Source: Balanoglossus misakiensis (taxonomy: Eukaryota; Animalia; Hemichordata). Taken from it: 64,000 nt of DNA. The position numbers were made by a program, and so were the translations under genes. Each line of letters begins with the position of its first letter. Within the stretch, counting starts at the first letter, position 1. The DNA is taken from the NCBI GenBank assembly GCA_040954595.2, contig CM082589.2:5949186-6013185 (forward strand), read 5' to 3'. Below are positions 1 through 12,500 of this stretch, one piece after another. The notes beneath the pieces are model-generated. The model was not told where the DNA came from and made no database searches. It saw only the letters and a program-made list of their open reading frames with translations.

Positions 1-499
1 CTAGCTACTCTTATGGCAAGACAATTAAATATTTCGCGTAGTCATCTGCATACTGACGATTAAGATGATAGGTCACTTTTATGACTCCTATTTGCATGAA
101 AGGGCTTGTCCTGAGCAACTTTTTTGATGTTGCCCTGAATAATGTGATGGACAACTGCCCCAACTAACAAAAATACACAATTTTATAGCAAGTCCACATG
201 AACATGATTGTCTGCCATTAATATATCTGACTGACTGACTGACTCTTAATGAGTAACGTACCTTGATTTCCGCCATTGAAGACCACGTGTTCAGTTGCGC
301 TGGCCAGTTTGAACGGGTCCCACTGAAACAAATGATGAATGACAATAGGTTACACACTATGAAAAACAAATGACAATGCGTTTTATTCATAGAAATGGAA
401 TAACAATCTGTATTTGCCAAAAATAATAAGCAACACAAGCGACGAATCTTAAAATGAAAGAATGGCGAGTCCGTTTTCGCAGCTTAGAATGGGGTTGGC

Positions 500-1425
500 A
501 AATTGTCAGTGGGGGTCGTATCAGCTCGGTGTGTGGTCCGTGAACTTTGAAAATAATGACGACAACACTTTCTGAATTTTATCCTGCTTAGCTTATGCCA
601 TTCCGGTAAATGTTTCGAAAGTCCGGCACTTCCAGTGTCAAAACTCTGCTCAGGACAGGCTTTTGTTAAATATTTTTCTGGGAGAGGGGGTCGTATAAGC
701 GAAAAAAATATTTGGAAATAATCTTGACAAAACTTCCTAAATTTTATCATGGTTAGCTCATGCCATTCCGATAATTTTTTTCAAAACTCCGCTCAGGAAA
801 CCAAGTTTCATGAAGGAAAATATACCACTGAAATGAAATTGACGCAAGTCGCTTTTATGAATTTAGAGAAGCATAAACAGCCGCGTTTTGAACTTTTTAT
901 TTCCAGTAAAGCAAATTGGAACAAAGTGTGTGCACAACTTGGGACATGTAAATTGTCAGTGGGGGTTGTATCCGTAACTTTGAAAATAATCTTGACACCA
1001 ATTCCTAAATTTTATCGTGGTAAAACCATGCCGTTCTGGGAAATTTTTCTAAAGTCCGGAACTTCTAGCGTCAAAACTCCGCTAAGGACAGGCTTTTGTT
1101 ACATTTTTTCTGGGAGAAGGGGTTGTAGTAGCTCAAAATGACAGCCGTAAATTTATTTGGAAATAATCTTGACAAAACTTCCTAAATTTTATCGTGGTTA
1201 GCGTGGTTAGCTCATGCCATGCCGATAAATTTTTCAAAAGTCCGACACTTCAAGGTCAAAACTCCGCTCAGGAAAGGCAAGTTTCATGAAGGAAAATATA
1301 CCACTAAAATGACAGAAATGAAATTGTCTCAAGTCGGTTTTATGAATTTAGAGAAGCATAAAAAGCCGCGTTTTGAACTTGGTATTTTCCAGTCAAGCAA
1401 ATTTGAACAAAGCGTGTGCACAAAA
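500..1425. repeat. Diverged tandem duplication of two ~450-480 bp units (~500-935 and ~950-1425), each with internal sub-repeats; probably part of a repetitive element in an SLC17A9 intron
   Basis: Shared blocks in both units, e.g. aaattgtcagtggggg, ggaaataatcttgacaaaacttcctaaattttatc, aagtttcatgaaggaaaatataccact, tttatgaatttagagaagcataaa. Confidence 0.8.
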
Positions 1426-2440
1426 TGAATAACGAACAGGTCCGACACTGCATTTCTCCATGCTTGGGCCAAAGACACCCCAACAACGCACGGACACTCA
1501 AATGATGGTTCTGGACAATTTTGCTTGAATTTGACATGGTTCTGTTCACAGAATGATAAAAAAGCCATAACTTACCTCAACTGATAACATTTTCTTCGGG
1601 CAGTACATCAAGTGTGGAATTGGGAAGGCAAAATTGAGTTTTTTTACTGGGAAAGTCAGAGCTAGAAAACGGCGTGGTCTTCGAAAAGTGACTTCAACGG
1701 CCAATTCAATATTCATAATTAGTCGCGTAGGCCGATCTATTGATAAACAAATTTTAGCTGGACAGACTGACCATTCACAGAATGGTGATCGGGAATACTG
1801 CAGATAATGATTTGCATAAGAGAACCAGCAGACCAGCTGTGTTCATGCATGAACAAGCCAATCAGGGACTTGCAATCATTCGAATTATCCAATCAGGAAA
1901 AAAGTATGGCAACTGCGAAACGAATTAATGTTACTGTAGAAAATACGAGTAATTTACTGATGATGAGGACTACAGAAAACAAATCCAATATCTCTGTGTC
2001 ACTTTATGCTAGGGTTGAGCCCCCTGGGTGCGGGCCTACCATGATTTGAACGGTGGTGACATCGCGCAAATCTCACTTGTGAGAAAAACTATTAAAAACG
2101 TATCGCCCCTAGTAGCAGACGATCGATGCGAGGACCGAGGCCGCAACCCAGAGCCCGACACATAGACTAGGAAGTCAAATTTTTATCCCGTCCGACTAAA
2201 AAAGTTACCTTTCTGGTACTGCTGGTTTGCATACTTATGTAATACACACATACACGCATAGTTGTAGAAACAATATGCGTGTCTCTACAACGCTGTTTCG
2301 TGAGTCACTGGACTCACTCACCAGGAGATTAAGTCGAACCACATATTTCGTACCCATACAATACATACATACATACATGAACATACATATACACACATGC
2401 ATACGTTTATACAGACAGCTCATATATATCGATTCATTAC

Positions 2441-4589
2441 CCCGCAAGACTTCCTCCTGCATCTAATGCTGCATAGAGAGAAGATCTATTTTCCTTGGCC
2501 ATTCTTGTTGCACAAATGCTCGATAACGCCGGATAGTGAAATGCTGTACACAAAACAAACACAGACGCGGTATTACATCTCTTGAAAATGGCCGATGACC
2601 ACGTATACCAACTCGACGTGTCAGATGAGATCTGTCGGACTTTCAGTACCTGCGCTAGTGAAAGTACTACCGCAGAGTACAACGAATACTGTACAGATAT
2701 GAAGTTCTGCCTTTTTATTTATCATTTACCTGTAGCCATCCCGAAGACGATCCTGTTCACCACAAGAAACGTCAACTGTGACGGTTTGTCAAGAAATGCA
2801 TAGGCGCAGAATGGGTAAATGAGCGTCAGAGGGCCCCAGACTATGGTCGCCATGGTGATCACTTGGTCACCGCCGATGCGGTCACTCAGGAGACCAGACA
2901 GGATTTGCGTGGAGACGTAGCCCCAGAAGAAGCTGGACAACACGAGGCCCTGTAAGAATAGTAATGAAAATATGTGAGGTGTACTAGAAAATGGACATGC
3001 CAATAATGAATGTTGGCGATTGTGGGCTCTTGATGGCGTTTTGGTTGCTGTGGCAATAGGCCAAGGCCTATATGATGGCGATTTTTGGAAGGAGTCAAAT
3101 TAGAAGAAATGAGAGAAGTCAAAACCTCGGCATGAAATAAGATCTCAAACTATTCAAACCATACAGTGATAATCATCAGAGATATAAAACATGTCAAAAA
3201 CGGCACAGTAGTCTACAAGAATTTAGAAGAATATTGAAGTCCGTCATCTTATGTTCTCCACGTTCACAATGTTGGCTATCGCACCACACCACAAAGCAAA
3301 TCTCCCATGATGTGCTAAACAGCCACAAATCCCTATCCTCATATTCAACATCTGCAACCTTACCGTTTCAGACTTGTCCCAATCGAACTCTGTTGACATG
3401 GCAACGGCACTGAGAGGCATGCAGTTTCGACAGGAGTATGTAAGCGTCGTCAATGTAAAAAGAGCTGTGCCCCATACATAAGTCTCTTTCCTGAAATGAA
3501 CGTGTAAAAATCAAAACTACATTTAACCAGCTTTGTAGTAACAGATATCAATATACAGTAACTGTAAGCAATAAGCTGAATATACTGTATGTAGGTACAT
3601 GTATATACGGCAAGAACGACGTTAGTACATATTCAGCTCAATAATTTGTATGTAACGGCAGTACACTGTGCGATGGATCAGGCGGCAATAAATGTAGTTG
3701 AAAATGGTGCAGAGGTCTGTAGTTAATGACCAGGATTTGCCGACAGATGCCACGAAAACAAAATTTGGAATCACAGTATCCCAAAATATGAAGACGAGCT
3801 AAAACAACATGTACTATGAATATCAGAGTACCCGTGTATTTACAAGTACTGAAATAGAACCAGAGATTTAAAGGTATACGGTCACCTATGGAAATTTAGC
3901 TACAGTTACCATGGCAAATTGAGATCTAGGCAAGCAAATATCTTTAGTGGTTGGCACACGCAAAAAAGCGCCGACATGATGTTCTTTAGAACACCCAGAT
4001 ACGCCGTTTTTGCCATGTATGGACATATGTAAATTGGAGGTGACCGTATAATAGTTCTGCTTCCTGTCGTGGAATTATTGAAACACAACATTGCATTCAC
4101 ATTCTGCATTTGATTTAAAATAAAATCACCTCCCTTGATGAACTCAGCAGACTGGTGCAATGAGAACCGGGGCTTGAGATTTGCATAAAAATGTCGCCAT
4201 AGGCAACAGCTGAAGTAGGGATCAGTGAAGCCAATATGTGCCAGACAATATTGGTAGAATGCAGCAGAAAATTTCGTTCCCATCTAGTCGGCTGCACTTA
4301 TAAAAATGGGACCTTACCCTAAAAATTGTTACAAAAGGTTTCTCAATGTTTTTTTTCTGTAATATTAAATATCCTTAATAACATATTAAAAGTTTACCAA
4401 ATACGAGGTTCCGCCCTCATTTGAGAGGCCAATCCGCGTCTGCGAAGAACAGTAAACATGCCGAACGTACCTGCTCCAATAATTGGAACGATTACTGCAC
4501 TCCCTATCATCGATTTGGGCTACGTCATCTTCAAGGAGTCGCTCGGTCGGTGAAACCAATTCTTCGCTTGGATCGTCGTCGAGGTCCAT
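2441..4589 (-). CDS. SLC17A9: Vesicular nucleotide transporter SLC17A9 (MFS), 5' part; exons 4471-4589, 3364-3490, 2730-2949, 2441-2543; remaining exons not found in window (presumably left of it)
   Basis: Phase-consistent GT-AG splicing gives MDLDDD...YWSRKETYVWGTALFTLTTLTYSCRNCMPLSAVAMSTEFDWDKSETGLVLSSFFWGYVSTQILSGLLSDRIGGDQVI...FHYPALSSICATRMAKENRS. This closely matches recalled SLC17A9 (WSRPE..LYCARSSMPI..FGWNKKEAGIVLSSFFWGY..GDRIGGEKVI). Confidence 0.9.
3868..4052. mobile_element. TTAA-flanked MITE family B (Kolobok/T2-like), copy in SLC17A9 intron 1
   Basis: ttaaAGGTATACGGTCACC ... GGTGACCGTATA inverted ends; homologous copies at ~14010-14187, ~37817-37950 and ~58608-58807. Confidence 0.75.
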
Positions 4590-5099
4590 ATTTTTCCACG
4601 CCAGCGTACGCTACAGCTCGGGTAAAGGATATACTTACAGCCGGCGCCGATCACAGTTTGTTCGCGTGACCTTCCGGCGACCTTGATAACCCTGACCTAA
4701 TGTGTAAACATAAAACATGCCATGTAGACTGGGTCTGGCCGCCTTATCATGCAAAAAAACGTGGTTCATCTGATCACGACCCCGCACCTCAACAATGGCG
4801 ACCTATATAAACGTAAGTTGATCCCAGAAGAGCGTGTTGCTGTACGAAGCACTTCAATTCAGTTTACACGCGACTAGCTGTGTCTCTTTCCAGTCAGATG
4901 TGGGAAATAAACTTAAAGCGAAAACGAACACACTTCAGCAAGCTACACACCGTACCTAATCACATTTTTGGCACATTCTTTTCTTTGGAAACTCCCTGAT
5001 GCAATTTTTCACAAGGAAATCATGATGTAATCACATATCAAACTGCAACTCGATTCACCAAAAATTCCACACAACAAAACATAAACGAAAGCATAAAAC

Positions 5100-6985
5100 T
5101 TTCATTTGGGTTATAGCTCATGAAAATTGTCAAAAATGACAAATTCCCGACTTTGCGAACTTTGGTGATTTTGTCTTTCTTGGACATTTTCATGGGTTAT
5201 AGCTCATGAAAATTTTCAAAAAAATGACCAATTCCCGACTTTGCGAACTTTGGTGATTTCGTCATTTTGAAACATTTTTCATGGGTTATAGCTCATGAAA
5301 ATTGCCCAAAATGACAAATTCTCGACTTTGCGAACTTTGGTGATTTTGTCTTTCTTGGACATTTTCATGGGTTATAGCTCATGAAAATTTTCAAAAAAAT
5401 GACAAATTCCCGACTTTGCGAACTTTGGTGATTTTGTCATTTTGGGACATTTTTCATGGGTTATAGGTCATGAAAATTGTCAAAAATGACAAATTCCCGA
5501 CTTTGCGAACTTCGGTGATTTTGTCATTTTGGGACATTTTTCATGGGTTATAGCTCATGAAAATTGTCAAAAATGGCAAATTCTTGACTTTGCGAACTTT
5601 GGTGATTTCGTCATTTTGAAACATTTTTCATGGGTTATAGCTCATGAAAATTGCCCAAAATGACAAATTCTCGACTTTGCGAACTTTCGTGATTTTGTCT
5701 TTCTTGGACATTTTCATGGGTTATAGCTCATAAAAATTTTCAAAAAAATTACAAATTCCCGACTTTGCGAACTTTGGTGATTTTGTCATTTTGGGACATT
5801 TTTCATGGGTTATAGCTCATGAAAATTGCCCAAAATGACAAATTCTCGACTTTGCGAACTTTCGTGATTTTGTCATTTTGGGACATTTTTCATGGGTTAT
5901 AGCTCATGAAAATTGTCCAAAATGACGAATTGCCGACTTTGCGAACTTTGGTGATTTTGTCATTTTGGGACATTTTTCATGGGTTATAGCTCATGAAAAT
6001 TGTCAAAAATGACAATTCCCGACTTTGCGAACTTCGGTGATTTTGTCATTTTGGGACATTTTTCGTGGGTTATAGCTCATGAAAATTGTCAAAAATGTCA
6101 AATTCTCGACTTTGCGAACTTTCGTGATTTTGTCATTTTAAAGACTTTTTTTCATGGGTTATAGCTCATGAAAATTGTCAAAAATGACAAATTGCCGACT
6201 TTGCGAACTTTGGTGATTTTGTCATTTTAAAGACTTTTTTCATGGGTTATAGCTCATGAAAATTGTCCAAAATGACGAATTGCCGACTTTGCGAACTTTG
6301 GTGATTTTGTCATTTTGGGACATTTTTCGTGGGTTATAGCGCATGAAAATTGTCAAAAATGGCAAATTCTTGACTTTGCCAACTTTGGTGATTTTGTCAT
6401 TTTGGGACATTTTTCATGGGTTATAGCTCATGAAAATTGTCAAAAATGACAATTCCCGACTTTGCGAACTTCGGTGATTTTGTCATTTTGGGACATTTTT
6501 CGTGGGTTATAGCTCATGAAAATTGTCAAAAATGACAAATTCTCGACTTTGCGAACTTTCGTGATTTTGTCATTTTGAAACATTTTTCATGGGTTATAGC
6601 TCATGAAAATTGTCAAAATGACAAATTCCCGACTTTGCGAATTTCGGTGATTTTGTCATTTTGAAACATTTTTCATGGGTTATAGCTCATGAAAATTGCC
6701 CAAAATGACAAATTCTCGACTTTGCGAACTTTCGTGATTTTGTCTTTCTTGGACATTTTCATGGGTTATAGCTCATAAAATTTTTCAAAAAAATGACAAA
6801 TTCCCGACTTTGCGAACTTTGGTGATTTTGTCATTTTGGGACATTTTTCGTGGGTTATAGCTCATGAAATTGTCAAAAATGACAAATTCCCGACATTGCG
6901 AACTTTGATGATATTGTCATTTTAAAGACTTTTTATGGGTTGTAATAACTCATGACAATTATCAAAAAACGACAAATGTCAAAAT
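5100..6985. repeat. Minisatellite array, ~22 copies of an ~87-bp internally palindromic unit
   Basis: Consensus catgggttatagctcatgaaaattgtcaaaaatgacaaattcccgactttgcgaactttggtgattttgtcattttgggacattttt; the gggttatagc motif recurs every ~86-89 bp from ~5108 to ~6937. Confidence 0.97.
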
Positions 6986-8795
6986 ACCTTATGAGAGGCA
7001 GTAACTGGCGCCAATGAAAACGCAATATTCCATAATCATGATTTATTTTTCCATAAACAAAATCAATACACCGACATACATGAAGGTACATCAAGGTACA
7101 TGTATACAAGAAAGTGTTTTAACATACATGTAGCTAGGGGGTTTTCAGGGCCATTTAGCTCAATGGTCATTTTAAGTTCATTAACAAATGAGAGTACCGG
7201 GCACTCTTACAAAACATCTGGTACCCCTAACTTTGTCAAGCTGCAGACGAAGTTCCGAAAATGGTGAACATTGTGAAGAAACCAAGGACTGCATTTGTCA
7301 TGAGACACTAGTTAGCGAAAAATGTTAACGTCAGCAAAAGTCACACTTTTAAAGAATCAAACTATCCAATGGTGTAGACGTAACAGGGCTTGTTGTAGAT
7401 TAAAAACAGAATGTGTCACTTGAGGTGGTACAACTTCGTAACCCCATTCTGAAAAATTCATGAAAGTTTATTAAAATGCACATAATGTGACCATTTTATA
7501 ATCTATGCCAGCACACCATTTGTCGAAAAAAAATTGAATGGCCATCTTCTGGCAGATCACACAAGCTTTAAACATAAGCCTAAGTAAGTGGTGACCCCTA
7601 ACCCCGCAAGCAAAAAAAATGGCATACGTTTACTGGTTACAACTCATTTCATTCAAATGTAAAGTCAAAAACGACAGAAGGTCAGTAAGATTAGCCCATT
7701 AAACTACCTTTGCATAATATTTAAATCCTCTATACCACATAAGAACATCCCTATAGGATCAAGCTGGAATTTGTCCAGCACTCAAGGTATCTAAACACAG
7801 TGGGGCCGGCCATGCCTCAAGATGGGCCACTGTTTTCAGCCAAACTGCCAGTTTAAATACGTTCCCACTAAAATCACTTCTACAAACAATTCCCCCGATA
7901 TTAACACTTGACAAGTCAGTTCTCATGAAGGACCCTGGCACCCGTGATTCAGCAAGTGACAACTAATTTCTTGCGTGGTCGGAATTTTTGGAATTCTATC
8001 TCGCGTTTCGTACAGAAAAGATTCTACCGGTAACTATATCACCCTTTTGTCTTTGAAGTTTATTTCTCTGAAGTGGAATTTCACTGACTGGTAAACCTAT
8101 TCACTCATTGGGTTCGATCTACCCAAATCCGAGGAAAACTTATTTTTCTCCTACTCCCTTCCCTGATGGAAAAGTAGTTCAGAGGAATTGGAAACACTAC
8201 GAATAGTGCTAACTGACACACAAATTGGACATGAGAATATTATACCACATCTCGTGGGATGAAATTCATCAATATTGTTTCAATAAATATACAGCCTTGA
8301 AAACAAAATGATTATAAAATTTGTTAATTGAAGGTAAAACTGGTAAATGCCAAGATAAATTTAGTTTGGAAATCTACTGTTTGTTTCCAAACTAATACTG
8401 CCAATTCTAGCATTCTGGACCAATGCATGGATTCTACACAATGGATGTAAACTACACATTGTATTACTGACGCACATGTACCATTACAACTTTTTAACGG
8501 ATAACAGCTAGAATGTTTTTAGTCTAACCACGACAGCTGCAAGATGGCACACAGTTACCACAGAAGTTGGTAATCACAAAAAAAATTTCTTGATCGGCAC
8601 TGAAAATTCAACTCTCAAAATTCCAGTGTTTAATTTCGTTTTTACTCACACATGCAGAAGCACCTGTCATAATTCAACTCCGCCATGGCCGAGATGATTG
8701 TGCGGTTTTCAGAGCGTGCGCCAATTTTTTTTATTTATTGCCATAGTTTCGAAGCACTGACAGTTATTATAGGTTTAGCATGAGCAGATGCAATT

Positions 8796-9050
8796 GGCCA
8801 TTTTCATGACCCCAATATGACCTTACATCCTTGTACTTCCTGTATGAGATTGTCAAAATTCAACATTTTGGCACAAGAATTGTGTAAAATCTATCTAGAA
8901 AAAGAGTCACCTCAGTAATTCAGTGTGTAATTCATTGACTACAGCTGCAATTATAGAGTTTTTGTAGAGTTATTCGTCAGACTGATGGATTCATACAAAC
9001 AGCAGTACATGTACGAGGATGTTAGGTCATGTTGGGGTCAAAAAATGGCC
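8796..9050. mobile_element. MITE-like element with ~40-bp terminal inverted repeats, downstream of the NUDT3/4 stop
   Basis: ggccattttcatgaccccaatatgaccttacatccttgtac at left; the right end reverse-complements to ggccattttttgaccccaacatgacctaacatcctcgtac. Confidence 0.7.
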
Positions 9051-9539
9051 TATTACAGAAACAATCAACTAAGTTTGAGAAATCAACATTATGAAATTTG
9101 GCAAAGACACAACACAGCTTTCATAAATGTTTTAAAAGTCTAATTAATAAAGTCTCTTATCAAAAACTGAAAGCACATTTCAGAAAAAAAGTGGCAAAAA
9201 CTGAATGCATAGCCTTCATATCTCAATATGAAAAGCACTTGATTACATTTCTAAACATGTCAACACATTTTGTGACACAAATGAAATGAATGCGATTTTA
9301 TGAGATCATACCAAATTACTGGGTTTGTCATTTTTGTTGGACACAAGTACAAATTTAAAAGCAGCCCGCCCTCTAGAGTCTACACAAATCAAGGTAAACG
9401 TAGACCCAAGAATTATCCATCTTGTAAAAAAAATCAGTCTTTTCTTCTTCTAGTAAATACAATAAATTACAGAAATCTTTGTGTCTGTCTGTCTGTCTCT
9501 TGTCAGTGTGCTTTTTGGTATTCCTGAGGTCGATTCTCT

Positions 9540-12500
9540 TCACCTAGATTTCAGCGCTTCTATAAGGAACAGTTTTTGGAGCGGTTTATGACCCCCAAGA
9601 AGACACACTGCCTCATCCACTGGGAACCACTTTCTTTCTCTGCCTGCAAAAAAGTTAAATAAACACGGAATTTACACTTTTGAGCTGAAGATGTTCCAGT
9701 CTCACCAACAGATGTAGCCCATACTTTTGAATGCATTATCCCTACTGGATATGGTCAAAAATTGTCCCTGGCAAAAACCTTATGTACTATAACGGCTTGG
9801 ACAAAAATTAGAGTGAGGGTGATGTATTTAATGGATGGTGGGTGGGACTGGGTCATTTTTCGTACAAGGGTTACTGAAAGGTCATATTTCATGTGACCGC
9901 ATTTTGAAAACCACCACCCATTACAATCACTTCCGTTCTGTTGACAGGTGAATATTTCCGATGGCAGAAACTCTCAAAAATACAGATAAACAGCAATCTG
10001 TTCCACCGTGGCATATTATTAACTTAGCAACCGCTGTGAGTATGCACTATGTGTATATATGCCATGCATATTAAGTTTTCAACATCGCAAGACGTGAAAC
10101 TTTATAATGTCAAACATCGTCATCAGCTGCTAGTCTTAATGGGCATTTATAGGAAACAGACACGCTCGGATAGATGACTTCGGGGGGAACTTGTTCTGAA
10201 CGCAACTGTTCGATCGATAGCAAGTGACAAACTCTGGCACTCAGCCATATCAGATAGCTGATGTTTGAGGTCACCTTCTGACCTGTTTTATTCTGTCTGC
10301 TTCCATATGTTCGTGGCCCACACAATAGTGTAGACATTACACTCTTTACCTGGCCTGCTTTTTTACGGATGAATTGTTTGATGAGACAGACAGACAGCTA
10401 AAGCATACTATGAGGTTATTACGAAAATACCGCAAAGTATGCACGAGGACATTAGCGCTGAGTATCGCTCGACGCGTAGCGGAGGGCGATGCACTGCGCT
10501 AATGTCCACGTTGGAGTGGGGGCGCCTTGAAACCGTCCGCATAACAACGCATACCTGTACACGGTGAGTTGGGGCGCCTTGAAACCTAAAACTTATTTAA
10601 CGCGCGTTCCGTACGTACCGTTCTGTACGGCTTTTTATTGCACACCAAAATCTATTGTTCTCGGCACTAGATGTATAATACTGACTTTTCTCTGTTGCAA
10701 GCCCTAATCACCTGTTCTGAGAGTATAATTTCTTTACACGCAAAGCTGTCCGCCGTGCGGAGAGTGAAAATAATTACTTGTAGGCTTTGGGGCATGGGTT
10801 AGAAACGATACCATGGTAACTAGAACAAAGCAATTTCACTACTAGATAATGCTTTTTTTCTCCTGGATACCAGTGACAAAACAGAAACTCGTCTGCCGAG
10901 AAATTCTCAGGTCCTGGGAAGAGTATTACGAATACAGCACAAAAACCGTTATGTAAAGCTTCACAATGAATAGTCACGTCTACACCTGACAACATTTCAG
11001 AGGCACTTTTTGTGTTCTACTAGAATTTTCTGGAAGTCTCTATTTGGTAGGATTTCCCAAATATCTCATATTGGCCGGTCGCCACAGACCAGATTTCCAT
11101 GGTAAAGATGGACCTCTAAACAGAGAAATAGGGGTGTAAGGGTATCTTACCAATATGTTTTTTATCTTCCCAGGACTCCAGTTCTTCTGAAACCACCAAT
11201 GCATACACACGAGTCCTATGTTTCCGTTCTTCATTTTCAAATACACCCACACACCTGCCAAGTCGACCCTTCACTCCAGCCTGCGAGAAAGTGAAATAAG
11301 GACAATCATGTATGGGTTATTCACAGGCTTCTATTAGATTTCAAATCACACTGTTTGCTGACAGACCAAGTCACTCAATGAAAAGAATATCCAATTAACA
11401 CAAGCTCCCTGAAGGTAGGAGAGCCCTCGAGCCCTGCAATTATTCTATCACCCTTTCATCAACTTGTCAGTTAATGATTATTTCTCAAAAACAGGGCTAT
11501 CGGTATACATGTGTCATCAACTTGTCAAGACTCAGTGAGACCCAAGTTGACAGTTGTCAGTGTCATTTCTCCTCCAACCTACCTCTTCAATCGTTTCTCT
11601 CATCGCTGCCATCCCAGGGTCCTCCTCGGGTTCAACACCGCCGCCCGGGACGACCCATCTGTCGGGAGTACTGCTACTGGACACCAGTAAAATCTGTGGA
11701 AACAATAAAACAAATTATATGATGGTTACACTACAGTCTACAATGGGCCTCGGTGCTTGACTTTTGTCATTTAGCAAATGACGCACATTTCTCCATTTCA
11801 CGACTGAAATAATCATGTTGAACGATAAAATAACTATTATGCAGATATAGTTATAAAGGCGTGGTGTAATGAAATGCTGCGAGATGGAATTACACAATAT
11901 TATGACATAATGAAAGATGATACAAGACTGTACGCTGCAGTAGCTGCGACCTTTTAACTGTACATTATGATTGCGATATCTACCGGTATCGTACTCAACT
12001 TCAAACTTCGGACTGATACAAAATGAGACTTTATTTCACTTTTCTACATTCAATTGCCTAGTAAGGTTTAGCTGTTAACCCTCTCACCCTCAGTTCCCTC
12101 TATAGAGGTCCCACTTTACCATATGGAACAATGGGTTTGGACTGAACCATGGTGGTGAAAGGGTTAATTAAAAAAATGCCAGCCCTCTTTCAATGAAACT
12201 TCCATTTAGGCAATGTGATGCCTTGCGCTCCAACTACATAACGATAGGTTAAAGTTCATAATGGGTCAAAGGTGAAACCCTTTGCACTTTATGTAAAAAT
12301 ATCTTGTACATTGTGCAAGAGATTGGCAAGATAGATAGCTACGCTATATAAATTCGATATGATTGAACTTTTTGCAGAGTTTTAATAGGCTGATTAATAA
12401 CACTACAGCTTCAAATATTGTTTATTTCGTATCGTTTACAGTGGATAGGCTTGATTCGCTTGTAGTAAAAGCTCTCAGATAATTTTGTAGAATTTAGCAA

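Noticed and set aside
484-1568. Several 70-130 aa ORFs with mutual similarity
   Set aside because: Products of the tandem duplication; no recognisable domain
5100-6985. CRISPR-like array (regular palindromic repeats)
   Set aside because: No unique spacers, since the whole 87-bp unit repeats; no cas genes; eukaryotic context
11474-11760. Plus-strand Ser/Pro-rich ORFs
   Set aside because: Antisense shadows of NUDT3 exon 2
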